Positions 1 to 9,933 of a stretch of DNA of 64,000 nucleotides are shown piece after piece. The stretch is taken from assembly GCA_032250835.1 (NCBI GenBank), contig JAVVEA010000009.1, positions 64,001 to 128,000 on the forward strand, given 5' to 3'. The translations under genes and the position numbers were made by a program. The DNA comes from a bacterium. Lineage in GTDB: Bacteria; SAR324; XYD2-FULL-50-16. Below the pieces are notes generated by a model. That model searched no databases. It was not told where the DNA came from and saw only the letters and a program-made list of their open reading frames with translations. Positions within the stretch are counted from its first letter, which is position 1. Each line of letters starts with the position of its first letter.

Positions 1-1582
1 AAGACTCGGCGCAAAGCTCGACCAAGTCCTCGGTCTTAAGAACCTCCAGGCGCAATTCTTCGAGGGCCCCTAGGCTCTCTTGGATGTCGTTGAGCCGGCG
101 GCGCACGGGGTGCTGTTCGTTGACCTCATTGTCCCTAAAAGCGCAGATCAGCAAGAAATGCCCAATCTTTTCGTCGGTGACCATCGACCGGATCAGTTCT
201 AAAGACGCCAAATCGGACCATTGCAGGTCGTCTAAGAAAACCACGAAGGGGTGGGCTGCGTCCGCCATGGCGCTTAAAAACCGCCGAAACACGTACAATA
301 ACCGGTTGTGGGCCTCGTGGTCCTTTAGTTCGGGCACCGCTGGCTGCTCGCCGATTACATAAACCAAATTGGGTAATAGGTTGGTCAAGACCCGGCCCAG
401 GTCCCCGAGACTGGCCAAAATGCGCTGCCGCCAATAGGTCAAGGCGTCGCTGCCCTGGGCGATCAGGTGGTCGATAAATTCGTTGAACGCTTGGATCAAG
501 GCCGAATAGGGGACATCCCGCTGCAACCGCTCAAACTTTCCGGTTAAGAAATAACCATTGTTCAGCGTCACCGGACGGTAAAGCTCTTGAACCAAGACCG
601 ACTTGCCGGTGCCCGAATGCCCGCTAACCAAGACCAACTCGCGGCCACCTTGACGGGACCGCTCAAAGGATGCCATCAACCGCGCGACGGCTTCCGAGCG
701 ACCATAGAGCTTTTCAGGGATTTTAAAGCTACGCGAGACATCCGACTGGCCCAAGGTAAAGGTGGCGATTTGGCCGCGTTGGTTATAGTCCGCCGAAGCT
801 TGACGCAGGTCCGAGAGCAGCCCTGCCGCAGACTGGTAGCGATCCTCGGCATTTTTCTGCATTAATTTTTCGATGATTTCAACAATCACCAAGGGCAGTT
901 GGGCGTTTAGCTTTCTTAAAGGTAAGGGCTCTTTGGCAATATGGGCGTGGACCAGTTCTAATTCGTCTCTCGCTTCAAAGGGCGGGCGGCCCGCCAAAAG
1001 ACGGTAAAAACTAGCCCCCAAGGAATAAAGATCCGAGCGCTGGTCGACGCTGCGGTTCATGCGGCCGGTCTGCTCCGGCGAGATATAGTGCAGCGATCCT
1101 TCGAGATGGTCCGATGGGGCCAAGAACCCGGCCTTTGCGTCGAAGCGAGAGGCGAGCCCGAAGTCGATCAAGGTGAGTTGGTCCGTTTCGCTGTGGTAGA
1201 TGAAATTTTCGGGCTTGATGTCTTTGTGGATAAGGTTGAGGTGGTGGATATCGGCTAAAATTTGGGCCGCCTGGGTGGCGATGCTCAAAAAACGCTCTAG
1301 CGACAAAGGCCCCTCTAATTGGGACAGGTCCACCCCTTCAACCCATTCCAACACCAAGGCATGGCGTCCATCGAGCCGTTCGGTACGCACGGCGCGGCGT
1401 ACCCCCCGGCATTCAATTTCATTTAAAATATTAAACTCATTGCGGAATGAGGCCAGCTCTCGGGCCGAAAGCTGCTCATTTTTCAGTACCTTATACAACA
1501 CCGCTTTCCCCTCTTCTTCGCCGAGGCAAAATAGGGTTTTTGAGTGGCTAAAGATAGGGGTCAGGTTGTTGTACAGCAGCAT
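1..1582 (-). CDS. Ser/Thr protein kinase-AAA ATPase multidomain sensor (5' part; runs off the window start)
   Basis: Not in the ORF track. Manual translation from ATG 1582 gives MLLYNNLTPIF..., kinase motifs IHKDIKPEN, IDFGLA and YISPEQTGRMNRSVDQRSDLYSLG, then P-loop SGHSGTGKS and GKFERLQRDVPYSA. Confidence 0.9.
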   Translation of the reverse strand, partial: MLLYNNLTPIFSHSKTLFCLGEEEGKAVLYKVLKNEQLSARELASFRNEFNILNEIECRGVRRAVRTERLDGRHALVLEWVEGVDLSQLEGPLSLERFLSIATQAAQILADIHHLNLIHKDIKPENFIYHSETDQLTLIDFGLASRFDAKAGFLAPSDHLEGSLHYISPEQTGRMNRSVDQRSDLYSLGASFYRLLAGRPPFEARDELELVHAHIAKEPLPLRKLNAQLPLVIVEIIEKLMQKNAEDRYQSAAGLLSDLRQASADYNQRGQIATFTLGQSDVSRSFKIPEKLYGRSEAVARLMASFERSRQGGRELVLVSGHSGTGKSVLVQELYRPVTLNNGYFLTGKFERLQRDVPYSALIQAFNEFIDHLIAQGSDALTYWRQRILASLGDLGRVLTNLLPNLVYVIGEQPAVPELKDHEAHNRLLYVFRRFLSAMADAAHPFVVFLDDLQWSDLASLELIRSMVTDEKIGHFLLICAFRDNEVNEQHPVRRRLNDIQESLGALEELRLEVLKTEDLVELCAES

Positions 1583-1628
1583 GGGGTCGGACCCGCGTGA
1601 TGAGATATAAGGGCCTTAGCCCTTAAGG

Positions 1629-4600
1629 TTAAGTGAAAAATGGGTCTTCAAAAAAGGCCCGTTGGGTGGTTTTACCCAGTGCCTGACTACGCAGCGCCTG
1701 AGCTCCTTTGTACCCCGAGACCACCGTACCTTCCATATACCCCATATTGTTCCCGTAATCGGTCCAATCGCCAACCAAAAACAGGTTGGCATACCCAGAG
1801 GCACCGGGCGGTAGGCGGTTTTTCGCTTGGCCCGGAATGGTCAAGTTATAGCGGTCTGAAGGGGCAATGATCGGGCTGAACCATTGCTCTAAATACCGTT
1901 CCTTAGCGCTGGCCTGGGCGCTGCTCAGCGGCGTCAGGTTGCCCATATCCACCCCCGTAGGGTAGGCTGGTGGGGCGTCGGATTTAAAGAAAAAGCCCAT
2001 GTTATCCATCATCCACTGCCAAGTAAGTTCTTTTAGACGCTGTTTTTCTCTGGCCGGGAACTGGTGGTCCTCAAAGTCATCGGAATCATCAAAGTCCGGC
2101 ACATAACCGGCAAACATGATCAGCGTTTTGGGCTTTTCGGTTGCTGGCCAATCTTCGTTGGCGATTATATAAGATTGGTCAATAAAGGAAAACAACGGAT
2201 TTTGATAGGTGATCACATTGGGCAGGCAGTGGCTATCGGCCATGCCCCAATCTTTGTTTCGGTACCCCATCTCTGCTAGCGTCTTGTCGTACCAAAATTG
2301 GACTCCCGTCACCGCCTGATTTTGGAGGCCATGCACCATGGTAGCCCAGCGTGGGTCCTGCTCGACCAACGTTTTACAGGCAGACTTCTGGGCGGCGGCG
2401 GGGATGCCTAAAATCACCTGATCAAAGTCCTGACCGGCAACCAAGCGGTCGATCTTGGGGCCTTTCCAATCAGCCCAAGGGGATTCCAGGTCGATTCCCT
2501 GGGCCTGCAACTCCTCGGCTTGGGCCGGGTCCAGTTGGTCCCAAAGAGGCTCAGAAGGCCAACAGGGCGTGCCTTTGACCAGGACTTCGGGCCGGTAGCT
2601 GCCTGACTTAAGGCTCACCTGCCGCTCTACCAGAACCGCCCCGATCCCGCCCCGGCCGTCGGGAATTAAATCCAGAACCTTACTAAAGAACTCAAACTTC
2701 ACCCCCCGACTGGCCAAGGTTTGGTAGATCGGCATGACCAGCGTGTCACCGGTGCCTAAGACCGGCTGGTATAAAAAGGAGGCTTTATAGCCCATTGCCG
2801 GGGCCATGGTTTTCAAAAAGGCTCCGGCCGAAATCAGGCCCCCTTGATCTTTCCCATCAGCCAGCCCGGCGAAGGCCCCCTGATAGGCAAATTGAACCAA
2901 GGGACTGAACAGGGCATAATCGGCGCAGCCATGCGCTTTGATCCAGGCCCGAAAGTCTTGGTCGTCGATATTCGAGAAATTCCACTGACCGGTTTTGGGG
3001 TCATAGACATCCTCCACCAAGCCCTTAAGCACCGCCAAGCCCATGCTCATCGCTTGGGCCAGATGCCGGATGGTGCTGTCTTTGAGCAAAATTTTAGGCA
3101 TCAGGGCTTCTAGGGCCTGTAAAAGATCCACCAGATAAGGGATCAACTCGATCAACCAAGGACCCAGGCTTTTTGGCCGCTCAACAGTCTTCCCCTGCCA
3201 GTGGCGCAACAGGCCATGGACTTCGCTGGTTACCGAAGCCAAGATGGCTTCTAGTCCTTCAAAAAAGCCCGTCCCTTCGGATGTTTCGGGTTCGCTGGGC
3301 CGCGCCTTTAAGGCCGTCTCGACGCTGTCTGTTTGGCTGGGAGGGAAGAATTCAGACATCAACCACCGCACCAGGGGTGAAAAATGTCGGGCATAAGGCG
3401 AGCCCAACAGCATTTCCAGCAACAAAGCCACCCCGCGTTTGATCAAGTCTTCTCCGGTCAACGGCGGCCCTTCACAGGGCTGGCCGGGGCCGACGGGGAA
3501 GATAAAGGGCCAGTTGCTCCAGCGATATTCTTCGGGCAACCATTCGGTAAAGAGGCTGCCGTTGTTGGGCTCAATCGCTTCGTCTAAGGTCTTGTAGGGG
3601 CAATCTGGGGCTAGGCCCTTTGCGGTCCGCTCATTCCAGCAGGCGCGCAACAGGTCAAATAGGTTTTGTTCAAAGCCGATCAGCAAATGTAGGCCCAGTT
3701 CTTCGTCACGCCCTTTGGGCCCGCGTCCGGTGCGCATCTTGCCGCCGCAACGCCAACCGAGTTGGTATAAGGTGATCTCGTAATCTTCTTGCCAGTTATC
3801 GTAAGAAGTCAGCTCGAAAGCCGCCGACAGGGCACTCAGGCCTCCGCCGAGGATCGCAATTTTTTGTTTGGCCATTTTTGGTTTTAGGATGTTGGGTTTA
3901 GCATTTGACTTAAGGTCAGGATAAATGGGCTGTCCTTCGGCAATGAACTCCATCAAATAAGGAGCTTCATTCCAACGGGCCGCCTCTTGGTATAATTGGT
4001 TCAGCTTTGGCAGGATAAGGCCTTTATCCATCAACCGCACCAAAGCATCTTCAAAGCCCCAGCCTTCTCCTAGGACTTCCCTAAACTCATGGGCAGTCAT
4101 CGGATAATGCTCGGGATAAAAATCGGGCAAACTGGTGATGAAGTCCACGGCGGGCAGCCGTGGGTTGGCCAGAAAGCGCCCGAGGTCGCCCCATAACGTG
4201 CTGTCTTCGACCATAGCCTGGGCGTACAGCAGCCGGTATAAGACGATGTTGGTGAAAGCCTGTTCGGACTTGGGCTCTTCGGTGGCTAAAGCGACAAACT
4301 GCCGGTAGCCCTCTAAAATCGAGCGGTTGTGGGCCCGATACCAATGGGTGGGGTTGGGCTTGGAGATGAAATCGATCCAAAACAGGACCGGTTGGGGCCA
4401 GCCGGTGAGCAGCCCATTTTCAAAGGCCAGACCGGCCAAAGTGGAGTAATAAATGAACTGGCTATTTACCGCGCGCCACCAGGGGGAGCCCGGCTGGGGG
4501 TCATCCAGGGGATTTAAGAGGCCACGCCGGATTTCCCACTCCATAAAGGCCAATTCAGAATTGCCAAGCCCCGTATGCCCCGGCAAGCCGTAGCCATATT

Positions 4601-4700
4601 GATCATAAAAGGCTTTGCGTAAATCATAACGACCCTGGGGGCTATTGGAGACCCCTTCGACCATGCCCCAGGCCATCTGTTCGAGCTGTTTCGCATCCAT
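1629..4700 (-). CDS. Fusion: ~280 aa unknown N-terminal domain + FAD/NAD(P)-binding oxidoreductase (COG3349 / carotenoid desaturase-like)
   Basis: Rossmann motif KIAILGGGLSALSAAFEL starts only at about aa 283, followed by GWRCGGK and ELGLH; C-terminal NLFLVGDWT...MEGTVVSG. Confidence 0.75.
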   Translation of the reverse strand: MDAKQLEQMAWGMVEGVSNSPQGRYDLRKAFYDQYGYGLPGHTGLGNSELAFMEWEIRRGLLNPLDDPQPGSPWWRAVNSQFIYYSTLAGLAFENGLLTGWPQPVLFWIDFISKPNPTHWYRAHNRSILEGYRQFVALATEEPKSEQAFTNIVLYRLLYAQAMVEDSTLWGDLGRFLANPRLPAVDFITSLPDFYPEHYPMTAHEFREVLGEGWGFEDALVRLMDKGLILPKLNQLYQEAARWNEAPYLMEFIAEGQPIYPDLKSNAKPNILKPKMAKQKIAILGGGLSALSAAFELTSYDNWQEDYEITLYQLGWRCGGKMRTGRGPKGRDEELGLHLLIGFEQNLFDLLRACWNERTAKGLAPDCPYKTLDEAIEPNNGSLFTEWLPEEYRWSNWPFIFPVGPGQPCEGPPLTGEDLIKRGVALLLEMLLGSPYARHFSPLVRWLMSEFFPPSQTDSVETALKARPSEPETSEGTGFFEGLEAILASVTSEVHGLLRHWQGKTVERPKSLGPWLIELIPYLVDLLQALEALMPKILLKDSTIRHLAQAMSMGLAVLKGLVEDVYDPKTGQWNFSNIDDQDFRAWIKAHGCADYALFSPLVQFAYQGAFAGLADGKDQGGLISAGAFLKTMAPAMGYKASFLYQPVLGTGDTLVMPIYQTLASRGVKFEFFSKVLDLIPDGRGGIGAVLVERQVSLKSGSYRPEVLVKGTPCWPSEPLWDQLDPAQAEELQAQGIDLESPWADWKGPKIDRLVAGQDFDQVILGIPAAAQKSACKTLVEQDPRWATMVHGLQNQAVTGVQFWYDKTLAEMGYRNKDWGMADSHCLPNVITYQNPLFSFIDQSYIIANEDWPATEKPKTLIMFAGYVPDFDDSDDFEDHQFPAREKQRLKELTWQWMMDNMGFFFKSDAPPAYPTGVDMGNLTPLSSAQASAKERYLEQWFSPIIAPSDRYNLTIPGQAKNRLPPGASGYANLFLVGDWTDYGNNMGYMEGTVVSGYKGAQALRSQALGKTTQRAFFEDPFFT

Positions 4701-4814
4701 GGGCAGCAAAAATTAGGCGTTAGTAGGGAAGGATATAAAATATTGCGCCCAGGCTAACCTATTTTACTAGCCGGTACAAGCCTTTATCCCTGAAAAAGTA
4801 GCTGCTTAGGACGC

Positions 4815-5609
4815 TTAAGTAGATCCCGCAAAATGGCAGATGGCGGCGGCGGTGGCTTCGGTTTGTTCTAGCTGAGGCAGGTGCCCGCAATGCTCCAACA
4901 ACTCAAGCTTAACCTTGGGTGAGGCCGCCTCCCACAGCGCCGCCAACCGGGCGGGGATTCTTCCGTCTTGTTGTCCCCAAAGAACCAAGGTAGGGCAACT
5001 CAGGGGCGTTAAGAGGCGGTTGAGCTGATGGGCCGGTTCGCTGCGGATGACCGCCCGGATTTGGTTGAGGAAGTCCCACTTGGCCGCACTGCGCTCGGCT
5101 AGTTCGGCCAGTTGGGTCTGGCTCATCTGCGGGGGTTGGTAATAAAGAGCCTTTAATACCGCTTCAAAGTCTTCGCCAGACTGGGGCGCTTGGGGCTTGT
5201 GGCTATAGGGCTTAAATTCGGCATCGGCCATGCCTTGAGGGGCCAGTAAGATCAGCCCGGCAGTCTCGGTGGGATAGGTTAGGCCGTAAAGACAAGCAAT
5301 CTGGCCGCCGCTGCTATTGCCGCCGACCCAAGGAGATTCCAAACCCAAATGCTCGACCCACTGGTGCAGCCGGGCGACCTGAAGGCTTAGGGCATATTGG
5401 TCCGGCGTCATCGGCTCGCAGTCGCCAAAGCCTGGTGTATCGGGTAGCAGAACGCGGAAGTGCTGGGCCAGTAGGCGGCCTAAGCGCACAAAGGTCTTTT
5501 TGCTGTCCCCGAAACCGGGCAGCAAAACTAAGGCGGGCCCTTGGCCTCCCTCAAACCAATGCCACTGGCCTAGGGGCAGCAGCGCCGAATGTTTTTCTAA
5601 TGGGATCAT
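4815..5609 (-). CDS. Alpha/beta fold hydrolase
   Basis: LPGFGD oxyanion region, GNSSGG nucleophile elbow, LWGQQD and CGHLPQLE catalytic Asp/His. Confidence 0.9.
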   Translation of the reverse strand: MIPLEKHSALLPLGQWHWFEGGQGPALVLLPGFGDSKKTFVRLGRLLAQHFRVLLPDTPGFGDCEPMTPDQYALSLQVARLHQWVEHLGLESPWVGGNSSGGQIACLYGLTYPTETAGLILLAPQGMADAEFKPYSHKPQAPQSGEDFEAVLKALYYQPPQMSQTQLAELAERSAAKWDFLNQIRAVIRSEPAHQLNRLLTPLSCPTLVLWGQQDGRIPARLAALWEAASPKVKLELLEHCGHLPQLEQTEATAAAICHFAGST

Positions 5610-5753
5610 GCTTCAATTTAGCCAAGCACAGGGGGTCGAGGCAAGAAATTTTCGGGAATTTTAGGCTCTCATCTTTGCGCCTTGAGGCCAACCGGAGCTT
5701 CCCCTTGCCCTTAACAAGTCAGCAGGCTATCTTGAGCGCCTAAAGGAGTCTTT

Positions 5754-6932
5754 ATGGAAAACTTAGACTTGGTGGTGATCGGCGGCGGAGCGGCCGGGTT
5801 GTTTTGCGCCGCCTTACTGGCCGAAGGGGGCCGCAAGGTGGTGCTGCTCGAGCACAACCCAAAGCTGGGGCGAAAGATATTGGCCAGCGGCGGCGGCAAC
5901 TGCAACTTCACCAACCTGGATGCCTCGGTGGAGTCTTACCGCAGCCTCAACCCCCGGTTTGCGACCTCTGCACTCAAGCGCTTTGGCCCGGCTTGGGTCT
6001 TGGCTCAGGTCCAGGCGGGCGGCGTGGCGGTGCGCCAAAAGGCGGCGGGGCAATATTTCTGTAGCAAAGGCGCGGCCAGCCTGCTGGATTGGCTGGTTAA
6101 GCGCTGCGAGCGGGCGGGCGTGTCCTTTCGGCTGCCATGGGAGGTCACCGGCATCTTGGCATTGGGTGACGGCTTTGAGGTAGCCACCAACCACCATCCC
6201 CTGCAGGTTAAGGAACTGGTCGTCGCCACCGGGGGACTTTCTTATCCGGTCTTAGGGGCCAGCGATGGGGGCATGCGCTGGGCCAAGTCTTTGGGGCTAA
6301 AACTGGTGCGCAACGAACCGGCTCTGGTACCCTTAAAGATCGACGGAGTGAGCGAACTGGCGGGTATCTCGCTACCCGTAGAGTTGACCTTGGGCCGCCG
6401 GGTTTTTAAGGAAGAATTACTGTTCACCCACCGAGGGATTTCGGGTCCGGCGGTCTTACAGGCCAGCCTCTTTTGGAATCCCGGTGAGGAACTGGCCCTC
6501 AACTTCCTGCCCCAGGTAGACCTAATGGACCATTTGGAACAGGCCAAAAAGCAGGGCAAGTCCAAGTTGCTCAAGGCCCTCACGCCCCTGTTGCCCGAGC
6601 GCTTTGCGGCAATGTGGCTGGACCGCTACGGACCCAAAGACGACAGCCTACACCAGTTGAGCAAGAAACAACGGCTTGAGTTACAGGCGGGCTTGCAAAA
6701 CTGGCGTTTCATCCCCCAGGGGACCGAGGGCTATAAAAAAGCCGAAGCCACCAGCGGCGGCGTCAGCACCGAAGAACTGTCTTCTAAAACCATGGCCGCC
6801 AAGCGTTGGCCGGGTCTGTATTTTATCGGAGAGGTGGTGGACATGACCGGCATGGTCGGGGGCTATAACTTCCAGTGGGCTTGGTCCTCGGCGGCTGCTG
6901 CGGCCGAAGCGATTTTAAACCCACGAGGCTAA
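5754..6932 (+). CDS. HI0933/YhiN (BaiN) family NAD(P)/FAD-dependent flavoprotein
   Basis: GGGAAG, GRKILASGGGNCNFTN, ATGGLSYP, LFTHRGISGPAVL, ATSGGV, GEVVD..G..GGYNFQWAWSS. Confidence 0.92.
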   Translation: MENLDLVVIGGGAAGLFCAALLAEGGRKVVLLEHNPKLGRKILASGGGNCNFTNLDASVESYRSLNPRFATSALKRFGPAWVLAQVQAGGVAVRQKAAGQYFCSKGAASLLDWLVKRCERAGVSFRLPWEVTGILALGDGFEVATNHHPLQVKELVVATGGLSYPVLGASDGGMRWAKSLGLKLVRNEPALVPLKIDGVSELAGISLPVELTLGRRVFKEELLFTHRGISGPAVLQASLFWNPGEELALNFLPQVDLMDHLEQAKKQGKSKLLKALTPLLPERFAAMWLDRYGPKDDSLHQLSKKQRLELQAGLQNWRFIPQGTEGYKKAEATSGGVSTEELSSKTMAAKRWPGLYFIGEVVDMTGMVGGYNFQWAWSSAAAAAEAILNPRG

Positions 6933-7981
6933 AAGGCCGCTGCCAGCATCAAGGCCAACTGACGCCGGTAGTCTTCAGGCGAGTTTTCGGGCACCCCGCC
7001 CACCCCTTGGCCGTAGATCAAAATTACTGGCAGGCCCTTGAGCGATTGGATGGGGTAATAACCACCAAGCGAAAAGCCCGCTGGGCTGTCGAAGGACTCG
7101 GGCCCGAATAACTCTAAAGACTTAAATTGGGCCGCCTCAAAGCTCCCAAAGAGCCGGGCCCCGCCTTCAAAGGTGACTTTGTGTTTGACCGCCAACCGGC
7201 CAAAGGAACGGGCCCGGAATTCGGCGCGGTAATAGCCGGGTATTTGGTGCGGCGAGCCGATCCCGCCGAGGGAAAAACCGGTGAACAGGTCCAAACCACT
7301 CCCTGCGCCAAACTCGGCTTCAAGGGTACTGACTCCGGCCCAGGCTTGGTCATAACCCAACTTGCCCCAGGCTTTATGGGCCTCTGTTTGGGGCTCTGGG
7401 TTGAGTTGCCAACTGGGCTGGGATTCTCGTTGCAAGCGGTAGGCGCTGGCGTCCCAGCTCAAGCCCCCTTGTTGTCCCTGGGTCTGGGTGCCGATCCTTT
7501 GTTCGCCTTGGTCGGCAGGTAACTTTAGACCGGGGTCCGTGGCTTCGGCGACTGGAGTGGCTATGTAGCGGGTCGAAACCCCTTCAACCAACCATTGGGT
7601 TTTCGGCTCATCCATTAGCAGATAACCGATCCCAAGATAGGGCGAGTGGCCGGCAAAATTGTAGGCCCGCTGGCGGCGGCCTTGATAGTAGAACGCACCG
7701 GGGTCACCGGTCGAGATCACCTCGACCCCCGACAAAAGGGCCCAGGGTCCCGCTTCGGGGCGGTAGCGTAGCGCTAATTTGGAGGTCTTGTAGTGCATCC
7801 TGAAGCTGGCGTCACTGGTGGGGTCGTAGTTCGCCACCAAAACCGGAGTGATCACCCCTTCGCCCGAGTCCAGCGGAGCAATGGCCCCTAAGGCAAAGGT
7901 CCAGGTATACTGGGCCGGACTTTGGGCCGACAAAGGAGCCGCCAACAGGCAACCGAGCACCAACAGGAAAAAAGACCGCAT
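6929..7981 (-). CDS. Secreted hypothetical protein, probable outer-membrane beta-barrel
   Basis: Signal peptide, alternating aromatic/Gly beta-strands, C-terminal Phe (LAAAF). Confidence 0.55.
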   Translation of the reverse strand: MRSFFLLVLGCLLAAPLSAQSPAQYTWTFALGAIAPLDSGEGVITPVLVANYDPTSDASFRMHYKTSKLALRYRPEAGPWALLSGVEVISTGDPGAFYYQGRRQRAYNFAGHSPYLGIGYLLMDEPKTQWLVEGVSTRYIATPVAEATDPGLKLPADQGEQRIGTQTQGQQGGLSWDASAYRLQRESQPSWQLNPEPQTEAHKAWGKLGYDQAWAGVSTLEAEFGAGSGLDLFTGFSLGGIGSPHQIPGYYRAEFRARSFGRLAVKHKVTFEGGARLFGSFEAAQFKSLELFGPESFDSPAGFSLGGYYPIQSLKGLPVILIYGQGVGGVPENSPEDYRRQLALMLAAAF

Positions 7982-8140
7982 AAGCTTTCGAGCAATGGAG
8001 GTTTCTCGCAGCCTAAACTAGGTTGGTCTAAAAGCAAAGGAACAAAAGGCGGGGAAGACTCAAGCGGAGGGAGAAGCTTGGGGCCCCGATGGGAACCCCC
8101 ATTGAAGCCCCTAGTAGAGGCTCCAACAAAGGAAGGAAGC

Positions 8141-8302
8141 TTACTTGGCCGAAGCCTCTTGCATCTTCTTTTCAACGTCTTCGATGGCCTTTTGGTCATG
8201 CTCGTTGAGGGGGCAACCGCAAGAGTAACCGGTTTCAGAAGAGTGCATGCGAGCCTGTTCGATGTGCCACTGGGCGACTTTTAAGTGCTGATCTACGTTC
8301 AT
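8141..8302 (-). CDS. Small 53 aa protein with a CGCP motif (below the ORF-track cutoff)
   Basis: MNVDQHLKVAQWHIEQARMHSSETGYSCGCPLNEHDQKAIEDVEKKMQEASAK*; GAAGGA RBS; sigma70-like promoter upstream. Confidence 0.7.
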   Translation of the reverse strand: MNVDQHLKVAQWHIEQARMHSSETGYSCGCPLNEHDQKAIEDVEKKMQEASAK

Positions 8303-8360
8303 GGTCCTTCGAGGGAAAAAGCGTTTGTCCAGGGGACTAAATAAAGTTAAGAACAGAGTA

Positions 8361-8390
8361 AATATAAAAAACCCCGTGCCATTTTGTCAA
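8361..8390 (-). promoter_or_regulatory. Sigma70-type promoter for the 53 aa gene
   Basis: Minus strand reads TTGACA-18 nt-TATATT, about 60 nt upstream of ATG 8302. Confidence 0.6.
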
Positions 8391-8518
8391 CGACTTGCGC
8401 TAAAGAGTCCGGCCCTAGTTTAAATGCATGAAAATTCAATAAGCTTCAACCGAAATCTCTTGGAAGCCGCTTGCGGTTAGGTTATCTTGACCATAGTTCA
8501 ACCCCTTCTAGGATACCT

Positions 8519-9322
8519 ATGAACATTCAATTAAAATTCCTGTTTACCGCTGCCCTACTATTTTTTTTGGCCCCCGGTCTTTGGGCCCAGGAAATCGAAA
8601 CCCGCGAGGTGGTCTATAAAGCCGACGGTCAGTCTATGGTCGGCTATTTAGCCATGCCCAAAGGGGCGGCCAAGGGCACCCCGGCGGTTTTGGTGGTGCA
8701 TGAATGGTGGGGCCAGACCGACTACCCCCGCAAGCGCGCCGAGATGCTCGCCAAGTTGGGTTACATCGCCATGGCCGTAGACATGTTCGGCGACCGGCAG
8801 ATCACCGAACACCCCAAGGAGGCCGGGGCTTTTGCCAAGGCCGTTTTCTCTAGTGCCAAAAACGTGGCCACCCGCTTTGACGCCGCCTGGGCCGCTTTGG
8901 TGGCCAACAGCCCGGCGGTTCGCGAAAAGGTAGCGGCGATTGGCTATTGTTTCGGCGGTTCGGTGGTGCTCGAAATGGCCCGCCAGGGGGCCCCTTTGGT
9001 GGCCGTGGCCAGTTTCCACGGCGGCTTGATGACGCCCAGCAAGGCGCAAAAAGGCAAGGTGCCGGCGCGGATTTACGTAGCCAACGGCGCAGCGGACCCG
9101 ATGTCCAAGCCCGAGCAGATCGAGGAATTGCATCAGGAATTTGAAGCCGCCGAGGTGGACTTTAGGTTCGAGTCCTTTGAGGCCGCCAAACATGGCTTCA
9201 CCAACCCCCAGGCTAGCGTTTACGCTGAGAAGCTAAATTTCCCGGCCCTTGGGTATAACCAAGAGGCGGACCAAAAGAGCTGGGCGCACTTGAAAGGGTT
9301 TTTGAAGGAAAGTTTTAAGTAG
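8519..9322 (+). CDS. Dienelactone hydrolase family protein with signal peptide
   Basis: VHEWWG, AIGYCFGG nucleophile, SFHG, GAADP, AKHGFTNP. Confidence 0.92.
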   Translation: MNIQLKFLFTAALLFFLAPGLWAQEIETREVVYKADGQSMVGYLAMPKGAAKGTPAVLVVHEWWGQTDYPRKRAEMLAKLGYIAMAVDMFGDRQITEHPKEAGAFAKAVFSSAKNVATRFDAAWAALVANSPAVREKVAAIGYCFGGSVVLEMARQGAPLVAVASFHGGLMTPSKAQKGKVPARIYVANGAADPMSKPEQIEELHQEFEAAEVDFRFESFEAAKHGFTNPQASVYAEKLNFPALGYNQEADQKSWAHLKGFLKESFK

Positions 9323-9343
9323 AGAGACGCTTGATTTAGAATG

Positions 9344-9376
9344 AAGCTAGGCCAGTGCAGCTATTGGCCTAGCTTT
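9344..9376 (+). terminator. Stem-loop / probable terminator after the hydrolase gene
   Basis: Perfect 11 bp inverted repeat aagctaggcca...tggcctagctt ending in a short T run. Confidence 0.55.
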
Positions 9377-9933
9377 CACAAACACTAAAAGCGAAAGATA
9401 AGTGGGGGCCCAGGGGATAAACGCCAATTGGGAGCCTTGAGCCCACTATGCCGGTGCCTTTACGGAAATTAGAAAGGAAAAAAGTAAACGGGGTCCAGGG
9501 GCCAATGGCCCTTGGGAACTTGTGTCGGCTGCGCCGACGCCTTAGGCTGGGCAATACTCGCCAGCTCGCATTGCTACCCACGCATCCCTCGGCCTTCTGC
9601 CTCGAAGCTGCTTTGCGAAGCGCAGCCGCCGAGGGAGCAGAGCCCCTTCGATGGGGCGTTAAAGGCAAAGGTGCACCAAAAAAAGAGCCAGTTCTTAATA
9701 ATCCAGCGCCTTGCGAGATTTCCCCAGAACTTGGGCAGAGCAGGGAATTGGGATTCAAAGCAGCCCTAAAACCGCAGCTTCCCGCGCTGGATTCACCCCG
9801 ATAAGCGAGCGCAGCGACGCTTGAGGGCGTGAATCGGCAATACGCCGGCATTTTAAAAAGGTTACTGTCCGCTGAATTATTCAGGTTCAATAGCTTCCAG
9901 TTTAAAAATATAATTCCAGCTTTCTAAAAAACG

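Noticed and set aside
8141-8302. Ribosomal protein L34 or another small r-protein
   Set aside because: The translation is not Arg/Lys-rich and lacks r-protein motifs.
8365-8382. Sigma54 promoter (TGGCACG on the minus strand)
   Set aside because: The -12 position reads TTTT instead of TTGC; the sigma70 match is better.
9790-9835. Integron attC site
   Set aside because: Imperfect hairpin present, but no RYYYAAC/GTTRRRY ends, no array and no integron integrase.
9369-9890. 173 aa, 118 aa and 85 aa ORFs in the palindromic region
   Set aside because: Overlapping frames with low-complexity, unrecognisable translations; probably spurious.
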